This document shows positions 19,149-28,675 of a stretch of 64,000 nucleotides of DNA, in pieces; the stretch's first letter is position 1, and every line of letters begins with the position of its first letter. Under the pieces are notes generated by a model. That model was not told the DNA's origin. It searched no databases and was given only the letters and a program-made list of their open reading frames with translations. The DNA is taken from the sequence record SRR20825006_505; one strand, written 5' to 3'. The translations under genes were made by a program, and so were the position numbers.

Positions 19149-21380
19149 TTATTCGCTACGGTCCAACTCGGCTGGCAGATCAAAAACCTGACCAGGGAAA
19201 ATCAGATTTGGATTGCTGATCTCGTTGGCGTTTGCTTCGTAAATTGTGGTGTAGCGGATGCCTTGGCCATATACACGGCGGGCAATGGTCCACAAATTAT
19301 CGCCTTTGCGGATGATGGCTTTGCCGGAAACGAACCGCCCTTCTGCATCATCCACCGGCACGGCCGTGATGGTTGGAATAGACGCTTCGGCGGTTTCTTC
19401 AGAAGTCGCCTCTTCGGCTTCGCTCGCGGCCATGTCGACTGCATCTTCAGCAGGCAAAGGTGCTTCTACTTCCGCTGTTTCCACGGGCTGAACTTCTTCG
19501 CTTGGCGCAGGCTCTTCGTCCACCGCCTCTGGCTGCTCCGTTACAGGAGCGGTTTCAGTCGCAGCTTCTACTATCGGCTCCTCGGTAGCTGGTTGCGTTT
19601 CCTCAGCGGGTGCTTCTGTCGGTTCTGTTGGTGCTTGCGCTTCATCAACCTGCTCAACGGCTTCTTCAGCCACTTGAGTTTCAACTGTTTCTGCTGGTGT
19701 TTCCTCAACTGGCGCTTCGGCAACTTCGGTTACGGGCTCTTCCGTCACCTCTTCCGCTGGTGTGTCCGTTGCTTCTTCTGGCTCGGTTGTATCTGCCGTG
19801 GTTGCTGGCGCTGGTTCAGAAGGTGCTTCTTCGGCTGGGGCTGATGCTTCTTCGCTGGCCGCTGGGGCTTCGGCTTCTGTAGCAGCCTCAGCTTGTGCGG
19901 TTGCGATGCGTTGCACCACAAAATTGACTTCGGCGCGTGCAATAACACTTGCGGTGTTCGGGTCAATCAGGTCAGCGCGGACACGCTGACTTGGTTCGGT
20001 GAGAACATCTTCGGCCTCCACCAGCCAGCGGCCATCTTGCACTTCAGCGTCGGCCACATATTCATTGTCGACATAAAGCCGCACAACGCCGCCTTCCGGG
20101 CCGCCACCCGCGATGAAGTTCTGCACACCATCAATTTCGATGGCGTCGATAGAAGGCTGCACAAAGGCTTCCACGGCTTCCAATACATCTGCAGTTGTGT
20201 CAGCTGTCTCTTCCACTACTGGTGCTTCAACAGCCTCTGGTTCAACTGCGGCAACATCAGTTTGTGTTTCGGCTGGTGCTGCTTCTGTTTCCACAGGAGC
20301 GGGTGTTTCTTCAGTTGCGACTTCTGGTTCAGCCGGGGTTTCAGCCTCACTCGTGGCAGGTTCTGCAGCCTCTGCCACTTCAACCTCAGGCTGACTTTCA
20401 GAATCATTTGAATCGGTTGTCGCTTCCTCTTGAGGTTCTGATTCAGCCACTTCAACTTCTGATTCAACTGGCGCTTCTGTTTCTGAAGTGCTGTCGTCTG
20501 ATGTAACCTCTGCTTCAACGGGTTCAGCCGTTGCGACTTCGGTTTCTGATGGCGCTGCTTCTTCAGCAGGTTGCTCTTCAGTTTCGACTTCGTTTGTGGC
20601 GTTTTCCTCAACGGTTGGAGCGTCAGTGCTTACGTCTGCTTCTGCGACCTCGGTTGTTTCAGCTTCCTGTGGCGCGGCCTCTGCTTCTGGAGCTGCTTCA
20701 GCCAATTCGGTTGGCGCATCTGCAACTTGCTCAGGATAGCGATCTAATCCCTGAATGATTTCGCTCGCCTCGCCTGGCTCGCTGGCAATGACGATCGGCT
20801 CACGATCCATTGTTGGGTAAATCAACACCACTTCGGACTTGTTTGAACGCGCCACCAAACCGTCTGGATTGATGGATTCAACGGTGACTTCCACGCCGCC
20901 AGTGATCAATGGCTGTTCCGGTACGATCACCCATTCGCCATTGGATTCAGGCACAGTTTCGCCAATCGGTTCGCCATTGGCGCGGGCAATAATCTTCGTG
21001 TCGCGCGGATCGGCAGTGCCGACAATAACAACTGAACCATCAGGGCTGGCGCGGGCGATTGTGAAATCAGGCGGGAAAAGCGGCGGGGCGATTTGAGTTT
21101 CGCCAGTTTGTGCCTCTTCAGAAGCTGCTGGTTCTGCCTCAAGGCGATCTTGATCGGCAGCCTCATCTGACGTTTGCTCTGACCCTGTGGCCAGCTTGGC
21201 GCTTTGTTCCGTTGGCGCGCGATTGGTGATTTGATCCACCACGCAGCTCAAAAACGGGCCATTTTGCCCGGTACAAGCATTAATGGCGGGTGCAACAACA
21301 ACGCCGCCTACAATCAAAGTGGTTGCGGCTGCAAAGCCCAATGCCACATAAAGATTAGATTTTGATGCCGTATCAGCCAG
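19149..21380 (-). CDS. LysM peptidoglycan-binding protein with N-terminal anchor and long acidic E/A/T/P linkers
   Basis: C-terminal IIRKGDNLWTIARRVYG...IYEAN...LIFPGQ. Start placed at CTG 21380 behind GGAGG; the alternative is GTG 21347. Confidence 0.85.
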   Translation of the reverse strand: MADTASKSNLYVALGFAAATTLIVGGVVVAPAINACTGQNGPFLSCVVDQITNRAPTEQSAKLATGSEQTSDEAADQDRLEAEPAASEEAQTGETQIAPPLFPPDFTIARASPDGSVVIVGTADPRDTKIIARANGEPIGETVPESNGEWVIVPEQPLITGGVEVTVESINPDGLVARSNKSEVVLIYPTMDREPIVIASEPGEASEIIQGLDRYPEQVADAPTELAEAAPEAEAAPQEAETTEVAEADVSTDAPTVEENATNEVETEEQPAEEAAPSETEVATAEPVEAEVTSDDSTSETEAPVESEVEVAESEPQEEATTDSNDSESQPEVEVAEAAEPATSEAETPAEPEVATEETPAPVETEAAPAETQTDVAAVEPEAVEAPVVEETADTTADVLEAVEAFVQPSIDAIEIDGVQNFIAGGGPEGGVVRLYVDNEYVADAEVQDGRWLVEAEDVLTEPSQRVRADLIDPNTASVIARAEVNFVVQRIATAQAEAATEAEAPAASEEASAPAEEAPSEPAPATTADTTEPEEATDTPAEEVTEEPVTEVAEAPVEETPAETVETQVAEEAVEQVDEAQAPTEPTEAPAEETQPATEEPIVEAATETAPVTEQPEAVDEEPAPSEEVQPVETAEVEAPLPAEDAVDMAASEAEEATSEETAEASIPTITAVPVDDAEGRFVSGKAIIRKGDNLWTIARRVYGQGIRYTTIYEANANEISNPNLIFPGQVFDLPAELDRSE

Positions 21381-21433
21381 TTTTGCCTCCCCTTAGTCTT
21401 AAAGATTGGCACCCTTTTTGGCCCATTACTCCA

Positions 21434-23023
21434 TTAAGACTCGGTTTTCATAAGTTTATAAGTCACTGATTCATACAGCGCCTCGAACGATGCATCAATG
21501 ATATTTGGAGAAACACCTACGGTAAACCAGCGCTCGCCAGTATTATCTCTAGATTCAACCAATACACGGGTGACCGCGCCCGTGCCGCCGTTTAGGATAC
21601 GCACCTTAAAATCGACCAGTTCTAGGTCATCAATTCGGTCCGAATATTTGCCCAAATCTTTGCGCATAGCCAAATCGAGCGCATTGACCGGGCCGTTACC
21701 TTCAGCCACCGACATGAGCATTTCACCATCTACTTCGATTTTCACAATCGCTTCTGACATGGTGATCAAATCGCCATTGGCGTTGTAGCGCCGCTCAACG
21801 GACGTGCGGAAACTTTCTACTCGGAAAAATTGTGGCAATTGGCCAAAGGTGCGGCGCGCCAGCAAAGCAAATGACGCATCTGCCCCATCATAAGAATAAC
21901 CGCGCGCTTCGCGCTCCTTCACTTTGCGCAAGAGTTGATCCAGTCGTGGATCGTCTTTTTCGATTTTAAGACCGACCCGCTCCAACACAGTGAGCAGATT
22001 GGACTTACCCGCTTGTTGTGACACCATCACATTGCGCTCATTGCCCACCACAGCGGGATCAATATGCTCATATGACGATGGGTCTTTTAAAATGGCAGAG
22101 GCGTGAATGCCCGCCTTGGTGGCGAAAGCAGATGCGCCCACATAAGGTGCCTGCCGCGCAGGGGCGCGGTTTAGCAATTCATCAAACTGCCGCGATAGCG
22201 AAGTAAGGCCCTCAAGCTCCTTCTGCCCGACGCCGATTTCCAGTTCGTCACAGAAAGGCTTTTTAAGCGCAAAAGTTGGGATCAGGGAGATCATATTGGC
22301 GTTGCCGCATCGTTCGCCAATGCCATTCAATGTGCCTTGCACATGGCGCACCCCTGCCCGCACAGCAGCTAAAGTGTTGGCCACGGCTTGCTCTGTGTCG
22401 TTATGCACATGGATACCAAGGTGGCTGCCTGGCACAGATTGCTGCACGTGGGTGACGATGGCTTCAATCTCATCAGGCATAGTGCCGCCATTTGTGTCGC
22501 ATAACACGACCCAACGGGCACCTGCATCATAGGCTGCTTTAGCGCAAGAGATCGCATAATCCGGATTGGACTTGTAGCCATCAAAGAAATGCTCGCAATC
22601 GACGATGCATTCTTTTTTTGCACTGAGCGTTGCTTCAACGCTGGACTGGATGGCCTCGATATTTTCGGCCTGCGAAATGCCCATGGCCATTTCGATCTGC
22701 TTGTCCCACGCTTTGGCCACGAAGCAGATTGCTTTAGCCGCTGAATTGAGCAGGCCCTGCACACCGGGATCGTTTTCGACGGAGCGGCCTGCCCGTTTGG
22801 TCATGCCGAAGGCGGTGAACGTAGCGTTTTTGGTGCGGTCTTTTTCGAAAAATTCGGTATCGACCACATTGGCGCCAGGGTAACCGCCTTCAATATAATC
22901 AACGCCTAAATTATCGAGCAATTTGGTGATGGTAATTTTGTCTTCAACTGAAAACTCTACGCCCGCTGTTTGGGCACCATCGCGCAATGTTGTGTCGAAT
23001 AAATATAGGCGTTCTTTGGTCAT
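21434..23023 (-). CDS. cimA: Citramalate synthase (threonine-independent isoleucine route)
   Basis: DTTLRDGAQ, YIEGGYPGAN, DCEHFFDGY, LCDTNGG, HVHND, GNGPVNALD, DFKVRIL. Confidence 0.88.
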   Translation of the reverse strand: MTKERLYLFDTTLRDGAQTAGVEFSVEDKITITKLLDNLGVDYIEGGYPGANVVDTEFFEKDRTKNATFTAFGMTKRAGRSVENDPGVQGLLNSAAKAICFVAKAWDKQIEMAMGISQAENIEAIQSSVEATLSAKKECIVDCEHFFDGYKSNPDYAISCAKAAYDAGARWVVLCDTNGGTMPDEIEAIVTHVQQSVPGSHLGIHVHNDTEQAVANTLAAVRAGVRHVQGTLNGIGERCGNANMISLIPTFALKKPFCDELEIGVGQKELEGLTSLSRQFDELLNRAPARQAPYVGASAFATKAGIHASAILKDPSSYEHIDPAVVGNERNVMVSQQAGKSNLLTVLERVGLKIEKDDPRLDQLLRKVKEREARGYSYDGADASFALLARRTFGQLPQFFRVESFRTSVERRYNANGDLITMSEAIVKIEVDGEMLMSVAEGNGPVNALDLAMRKDLGKYSDRIDDLELVDFKVRILNGGTGAVTRVLVESRDNTGERWFTVGVSPNIIDASFEALYESVTYKLMKTES

Positions 23024-23025
23024 GT

Positions 23026-23502
23026 TCAGTCCTGACTATCGGGCCATTCGGCTGTGTCGTGATCGGGATGTTGGAAGTTTTTCATGCTCGAAAGCTGAGC
23101 TTGAAACTCAGGGTCTTCCGGGCGGATAGGCAATTCGTGCAAATGATCAAAGCTCTTGATACGCGCTTCGTAATCGAGCTGCTTAGTGGGTGAAACCTTG
23201 TTGGGATCGTCAAAGCTACCGATAGACAATGAAATGCCATCGCGGTCCCACTCATAGGTGAGCGGGGTGCCGCAATCTTTGCAAAAACCGCGTTTGGCCA
23301 CAGTGGAGCTTTGGAAATAGCTTGGCTGCCCCCGCGTCCAGCTCACCTTGTCGTTGCTAAAGGTGGCGAATGCGCCAAAATAGCTGCCAGACTGTTTTTG
23401 GCACATGCGGCAATGGCAGATTGAGCCGCCATATTCGTCGCCCAGCGCTTTATAGCGCACCGCGCCACATTGGCAGCCCCCGGTGTGAATCGTTTCAGAC
23501 AT
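23026..23502 (-). CDS. GFA / CENP-V family protein inside the cysS-cimA operon
   Basis: GGCQCGAVRY, CHCRMCQK, RGFCKDCGTPL. Confidence 0.9.
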   Translation of the reverse strand: MSETIHTGGCQCGAVRYKALGDEYGGSICHCRMCQKQSGSYFGAFATFSNDKVSWTRGQPSYFQSSTVAKRGFCKDCGTPLTYEWDRDGISLSIGSFDDPNKVSPTKQLDYEARIKSFDHLHELPIRPEDPEFQAQLSSMKNFQHPDHDTAEWPDSQD

Positions 23503-24945
23503 TTATGCGACCTCCCAATTGGTGATGCGGTTGCCCGCTTCGTCTTTACCGTCTTTCAGCTTGATGCCCATGGCGGTAAGCTCATCGCGGATCGCGTCTG
23601 CCTCGCCCCATTCTTTGGCGTTTAAATGATCCAAACGCGCTTGAATTTTGGCTTCAATTTCGTCTGCCTGTTCATGCTCTGGCCCTGCATTTTGCGCGGC
23701 TTGATAGGCTTTCATGTCATCAAAGCTGACCAGCCCCAAAAGCTGCATCGAGCCGAAGAGGCGCCGCGCATTGTGCTCACGATCACCACCTGCATGGCGG
23801 TGCAATTCAGCCAGCACGCCTGACATGTTCATATCGTTCGCCAAATGGGCCAACAGCTTTGAACATGGGCCTAAAGCTTCATATTCGGCGCGGTTTTCCT
23901 CCACAAAATCCAACCCCAGCTTCAACATTGTCGCCTTCCAGCGATTAAGGTTTTTCTCAGCTTCTTCAAGCCGTTTCAGGGTGAAATCGATCGGCTCGCG
24001 GTAATTTGTCATGATCAAACCAAGGCGCAACACATCGCCCGGCCATTTGCGGTTACCAAAGCTTTCGGTCTCCAGCAGGTCAGCAATAGTGTAAAAATTG
24101 CCCAAGCTCTTGGACATTTTTTCACCTTCGATCTGCAAAAAGCCATTGTGCAGCCAATAGTTGGCCATGCGATCTGTGCCGTGTGAGCAACGCGATTGGG
24201 CGATTTCATTTTCATGGTGCGGGAATACCAAATCGATGCCGCCAGCATGAATGTCAAACACTTTGCCCAAATAACGCTCGGTCATGGCAGAACATTCGAG
24301 GTGCCAGCCCGGACGACCCTTGCCCCATGGGCTATCCCAACCGGGCAGATTTTCATCGGACAGCTTCCACAACACGAAATCGCCGGGATTTTTCTTGTGT
24401 TCCTCCACTTCGACGCGGGCACCAGCTTGCTGCTCGTCGAGATTGCGGTTGGAGAATTTGCCATAGTCTGCCATGGAAGTGACATCAAACAACACTTCCC
24501 CACCCGCTTCATAGGCATGGCCTTTTTCGATTAGCGTTTCGATCATGGTGATCATTTGCGCAATATTGTCTGTGGCGCGGGGCTGCAAGTCTGGATCGAG
24601 ATTGCCGAGTGCGTGCATATCGGATTGATATTGCGCGGCGGTGCGCTCGGTGACTTCGCGAATGGCTTGGTTCAGCTCCATGCCCGGATGTTCTTTTGCC
24701 GCGCGGGCGTTGATCTTGTCGTCCACGTCCGTAATGTTGCGGGCATAGGTGACATGTTCAGCGCCGTAAACATGGCGCAACAGACGATACAGCAAGTCAA
24801 ATGCCACGGCAGAACGGCCATTACCAATATGGGCATAATCATAAACGGTGGGGCCACACACATACATGCGCACATTGTTTGGATCGATTGGATCGAAGCG
24901 TTCTTTTTGGCGTGTCAGTGTGTTGTAAAGTTGAATTTCAGTCAT
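23503..24945 (-). CDS. cysS: Cysteine--tRNA ligase
   Basis: [43 protein letters not shown]. Start set at ATG 24945 (MTEIQLY). Confidence 0.96.
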   Translation of the reverse strand: MTEIQLYNTLTRQKERFDPIDPNNVRMYVCGPTVYDYAHIGNGRSAVAFDLLYRLLRHVYGAEHVTYARNITDVDDKINARAAKEHPGMELNQAIREVTERTAAQYQSDMHALGNLDPDLQPRATDNIAQMITMIETLIEKGHAYEAGGEVLFDVTSMADYGKFSNRNLDEQQAGARVEVEEHKKNPGDFVLWKLSDENLPGWDSPWGKGRPGWHLECSAMTERYLGKVFDIHAGGIDLVFPHHENEIAQSRCSHGTDRMANYWLHNGFLQIEGEKMSKSLGNFYTIADLLETESFGNRKWPGDVLRLGLIMTNYREPIDFTLKRLEEAEKNLNRWKATMLKLGLDFVEENRAEYEALGPCSKLLAHLANDMNMSGVLAELHRHAGGDREHNARRLFGSMQLLGLVSFDDMKAYQAAQNAGPEHEQADEIEAKIQARLDHLNAKEWGEADAIRDELTAMGIKLKDGKDEAGNRITNWEVA

Positions 24946-25052
24946 TTCCCTCAGCCCAAAATTGGTTTTGCGACCGGCCATGGTTGGCCGTCAGCGGCGA
25001 GGATTTTGCAATTTAAATGACAGAAGACAATACAAAACCGCGCCGCTAAAAT

Positions 25053-25106
25053 TTAGCGGATAATAATGCAGCCAATAATACAGATTTGGTTACGGTTTTG
25101 CTTCAT
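25053..25106 (-). CDS. Putative Ile/Cys-rich leader peptide MKQNRNQICIIGCIIIR of the cysS-cimA operon
   Basis: Minus strand reads ATG AAG CAA AAC CGT AAC CAA ATC TGT ATT ATT GGC TGC ATT ATT ATC CGC TAA (6 Ile, 2 Cys). Hairpin 25043-25059 overlaps the stop; a promoter-like TTGATT-N18-CAAAGT ends 6 nt before the ATG. Confidence 0.7.
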   Translation of the reverse strand: MKQNRNQICIIGCIIIR

Positions 25107-25170
25107 GAGCGCACTTTGAGCGAAAAGCGCTAAGAAAATCAAGCCAAAATGAAAAAATTCAGTCCACAAA

Positions 25171-25197
25171 TAAAAAGGGAGCCTTTCGGCCCCCTCA
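25171..25197 (-). terminator. Rho-independent terminator of the cytochrome c gene
   Basis: Minus strand GAGGGGCC-GAAA-GGCTCCC-TTTTTA. Confidence 0.7.
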
Positions 25198-25223
25198 AAT
25201 CTAAGCAACGAAATGGCTAAAAC

Positions 25224-25589
25224 TTAGCCTTTTTGCTCGCGATATTTGTCGTGACATTCTTTGCAAGAGCCACCCAATGTGCGGGCATCTGCGCCTGCCA
25301 TTGAATCTGCTTCGAGCTTGTCAAAAATGGCAACGAACTCATCCCATTCCTGCCAGATCAAATCTGTTGCTTCAGAATCGGCGCTTGTTGAGCCTTCTGG
25401 GAACAACATTTTGAGCTTTGCAGCCAATGGCGCAACATCACCCGGCTTGCCTGCTTTAAGCGCAGCACCCATATCTTTCATGGCTTGCTGACGCTCAGCG
25501 ATCACATCGCCCTGTGCGCTTACGCTGGAAACGGCACCCATGGCCAAAGCAACTGATGTTGCGGCGGCCAAAAACAACTTAAACTTCAT
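25224..25589 (-). CDS. Class II cytochrome c (c'/c556-like), short
   Basis: Signal peptide, ERQQAMK, LFPEGS, IWQEWDEF, C-terminal CKECH heme motif; SD GGGAG before ATG 25589. Confidence 0.9.
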   Translation of the reverse strand: MKFKLFLAAATSVALAMGAVSSVSAQGDVIAERQQAMKDMGAALKAGKPGDVAPLAAKLKMLFPEGSTSADSEATDLIWQEWDEFVAIFDKLEADSMAGADARTLGGSCKECHDKYREQKG

Positions 25590-25759
25590 TTTAATCTCCC
25601 TATCACATGCATGGTTCATGCTATGCCCGATCAAAGCAATTATGCCATTGAAAGATGACAATTGCATCGGTGAATGCGCGCAAATTAGCTGCGACGCACT
25701 CACAATTGCGTGATAGATGAGTTTAAAAATACGGCCTTTCTTAGGCCTAGGCGCTTTGT

Positions 25760-26305
25760 TTAAGAAACGTCAGCCAGTTCTTTTTGGTGCAGCCAGTCAG
25801 CGTGTTTCGGCGCTTTTTTGGTGCTGGACCATTCTTCCAGCATATCCCATTTCACTGAATCCAAGCGCTTGAGCAGCTCTTCTTCTTTGGGGTCAGGACA
25901 CGCCAATTCAACGCGATGGCCATTTGGATCGAAGAAATAGATCGAGTGGAATATTGAATGGTCGGTAACGCCCAAAACCTCAACGCCGTTCTTTTCAAGA
26001 TGCTCTTTATATTCGAGCAACTCATCGCGATCTTTCACTTTAAACGCAATATGTTGCACCCAAATCGGCGTATTCTCATCACGGCCCATTTCAGGCTTTG
26101 TTGGCAATTCAAAGAAGGCCAGCACATTGCCGTTACCTGCGTCTAGGAACAGGTGCATATAAGGATCTGGCTCATGGGTGGATGGCACGTGATCTTCAGC
26201 GATGGCGAGCACAAAGTCCATATTGAGCATCTTTGTGTACCATTCAACGGTCTCTTTTGCGTCCTTACAACGATAGGCCACATGGTGAATTTGTTCGATT
26301 TTCAT
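25760..26305 (-). CDS. VOC / glyoxalase-fold metalloprotein
   Basis: IHHVAYRC, YMHLFLDAG, QHIAF, SIYFFDPNGHRVELA; SD GGAGG before ATG 26305. Confidence 0.9.
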   Translation of the reverse strand: MKIEQIHHVAYRCKDAKETVEWYTKMLNMDFVLAIAEDHVPSTHEPDPYMHLFLDAGNGNVLAFFELPTKPEMGRDENTPIWVQHIAFKVKDRDELLEYKEHLEKNGVEVLGVTDHSIFHSIYFFDPNGHRVELACPDPKEEELLKRLDSVKWDMLEEWSSTKKAPKHADWLHQKELADVS

Positions 26306-26319
26306 GTCTTCCTCCAAAT

Positions 26320-26366
26320 TAGTTACGTTCGTAACTATATCGACATAATAGTTACGCTCGCAACTA
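26320..26366. promoter_or_regulatory. Two tandem 18-bp palindromic operators
   Basis: TAGTTACG-TT-CGTAACTA (26320-26337, perfect) and TAGTTACG-CT-CGCAACTA (26349-26366, one mismatch). Confidence 0.8.
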
Positions 26367-26426
26367 AATGCAACCGCAAAAATGCGGTACATGGTTTCGA
26401 CTTTTGTCGAAGGTCAATGAATGGAT

Positions 26427-27425
26427 TTAGGCGAGACGAACCGTCTGCTTGATTTCACCGAAAGGTGCTTCCCCCTCATCCGTGAGGAATTGGATCGAGA
26501 CCTGATCATCCTGTTTCAAGAAGGGTGTGCGCTGATCGGTATCGGCGGCTTTTTCAGCCATGCGGGCCTCAACAATGCAGGAGAACCCTACCCCGTCACT
26601 GCCGATCGGCAAAATCTCGTCATGGGTGTTGGCGACTGTGCCGCCCCCCAAGATAGTGCCAGCACGCAATTGCCGCGTTTGGGCGGCTGCTTGAATGAGC
26701 TGGTAGAAATCGAACACCATTTCTTTTTCGGTACGCGGTTGACCATAGAGCAAGCCATTGACGCGGCTTTGCAAGCGCCCGGCCACACGACCAGATTGCC
26801 AGGCGGCGCCCAGTTCGTTTGGAGTGACCACAACAGGTCCAAAGCTGGTGGCCGGCTTTGAATGGAAGAAGCCGAACCCGTCCTGCAAGTCAGCGGCAAC
26901 CAAGCGACGCAAGGACACATCGTTGCATTGGGTGACCAGACGCACCGCGTTGCGTGCTTCATCTTCGCTTGGGTTCATGGGCACATCGCCCAAAATCACA
27001 GCGATTTCTGCTTCATAGTCGAGGGCCAAATCTTCGCCCCCCACAACAATTGGCTTTTCCGCACCGACAAGGTGGTCAGAGCCGCCTTGATACATAATGG
27101 GCTTTTCGTCTTGCGGGTTTTGCAATGAGCCTTTGGCGGCGCGTACGCGCTGTAAATGTGGCAGATAAGCCGAGGCATCAATCCATTGATAGGCACGCGG
27201 CAGCGGCGCTAGGGTCAAATGTGGCTCAAAGGATTTGCCAGCAATATCGCTTTGGTTGAGCTTTTGGCTCAGCGTTTCAAGCGGGGCATATACTTCTGAC
27301 CAATTGTCGAGCGCAGCTTGCAAATTGGGGGCGATGGCCGAAGCGGAGGTGCAGCGCTTCAAATCTTTGCTGACAATCGCCAATTGCCCGTCACGTGTGC
27401 CATTGTCCAATGTTGCCAGTTTCAT
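26427..27425 (-). CDS. Fumarylacetoacetate hydrolase family protein
   Basis: MKLATL...RDGQL, APLPRAYQW, MYQGGSD, DYEAEIAV, NDVSLR, GFGFFHSKP. Confidence 0.88.
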   Translation of the reverse strand: MKLATLDNGTRDGQLAIVSKDLKRCTSASAIAPNLQAALDNWSEVYAPLETLSQKLNQSDIAGKSFEPHLTLAPLPRAYQWIDASAYLPHLQRVRAAKGSLQNPQDEKPIMYQGGSDHLVGAEKPIVVGGEDLALDYEAEIAVILGDVPMNPSEDEARNAVRLVTQCNDVSLRRLVAADLQDGFGFFHSKPATSFGPVVVTPNELGAAWQSGRVAGRLQSRVNGLLYGQPRTEKEMVFDFYQLIQAAAQTRQLRAGTILGGGTVANTHDEILPIGSDGVGFSCIVEARMAEKAADTDQRTPFLKQDDQVSIQFLTDEGEAPFGEIKQTVRLA

Positions 27426-27574
27426 AATGCCCCCTTCATGCCAAATCGGATATTGCCGACATTGTATTAAGAATCAGAATTAAATATGTTTTTGCCACAA
27501 TAATTTGCCAATGGTGGATAGTTTTTGCCACCAAATCGTCTAAAAGGGCGGTCACTGTGTCCCCTTCAATATAA

Positions 27575-28675
27575 ATGAACGGTGTTATGCTTCGCTTCGC
27601 TACCCTTGTGGTTATTTGTTTTTCTCTTGTGTTGCCGCAAAGCGTGGCCTTTGCGCAGGCCGATAGTTGCCGCACCTTACAACGGCAAATCCGGTCTTTC
27701 GAGCGTGACTGGGAATTCCGCAATTATCGTGACAATTATAATGGATTGCGTGAAGCGCAAAAAGAAGTGAAGGCATGGGAAAGCCAGTTTGTGCGCCGTG
27801 GTTGCCAAAAAGCACTGAATGCAGGCAAGCGACTGGACTCTACCTGCCGTTCCATTGGCCGCAAAATTCAAAGCGTTCGAAAAGATTATGCAACCTTGAC
27901 GGCGCGGGTGCAGCGCGGCGCTGAGGTGGCCAAGGCACGCGAGCAAGCCTTGCAGCAATATGCCCGCTTCGGCTGTGGCAGCAACGACACCAGCCGCAGC
28001 ACCAACAATCGCGAGCCAGAACGCAAATCATTGTTTGAACGGATTTTCGGATCGCGTGATGACGATAATATTGTTGAAGATGATTATTATGATCTGTTCA
28101 ACCGCGAAACCTACCGCACCGTATGTGCCCGCACCTGCGACGGCTATTATTGGCCGGTGAGCTTTTCAACATTGCCAGAATATATCCCTGACGATCAGGC
28201 GGTGTGCAAAGGCAATTTCCAGCAAGGCGATGTGAAGCTTTATTATTATTCAAACACTGATGGTTCGCCTGAAACCATGATTGATTTGAACGGCAATCCA
28301 TATAGCCAAAGCCCTAATGCGTTCCGCTATCGCCAAGTTTATGACGAAGCGTGCCAGCCGCAACAGGCCAATAATTACGGTAAAATTGAACTCGCCGAGT
28401 CTGGCGACACGTCAACCGCGATCATCAGCTTTGGTGACGTGAGCTTTCCCCTGCCCCGTCGTGACCCGCGCAAGAAGCTTGAACTGGAAGTGGCCACCGC
28501 GAGCTTTATTCCGCTGCCGCGCCCTGACCCAAGACGTGAAAATGGCGGCAACAACATTCAAGTCACTGCCGCCAGCTCTTATTCTGGACTTCGCCTTGTC
28601 AATTTTGGCGAAAAGACCGTTAGGATAGTCGGTCCAAACACGCCGTACGTCCCAGAAGCGGGAGAAGGGTCTTAA
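27575..28675 (+). CDS. DUF2865-like exported Cys-containing protein
   Basis: Signal peptide; [18 protein letters not shown] and PNAFRYR motifs. The start may be 27587. Confidence 0.75.
   Translation: MNGVMLRFATLVVICFSLVLPQSVAFAQADSCRTLQRQIRSFERDWEFRNYRDNYNGLREAQKEVKAWESQFVRRGCQKALNAGKRLDSTCRSIGRKIQSVRKDYATLTARVQRGAEVAKAREQALQQYARFGCGSNDTSRSTNNREPERKSLFERIFGSRDDDNIVEDDYYDLFNRETYRTVCARTCDGYYWPVSFSTLPEYIPDDQAVCKGNFQQGDVKLYYYSNTDGSPETMIDLNGNPYSQSPNAFRYRQVYDEACQPQQANNYGKIELAESGDTSTAIISFGDVSFPLPRRDPRKKLELEVATASFIPLPRPDPRRENGGNNIQVTAASSYSGLRLVNFGEKTVRIVGPNTPYVPEAGEGS

Noticed and set aside
19440-20740. Possible tandem repeat or CRISPR-like array in the repetitive GCTTC-rich stretch
   Set aside because: It is low-complexity Glu/Ala/Thr/Pro coding sequence of the LysM protein with no exact repeat-spacer periodicity.
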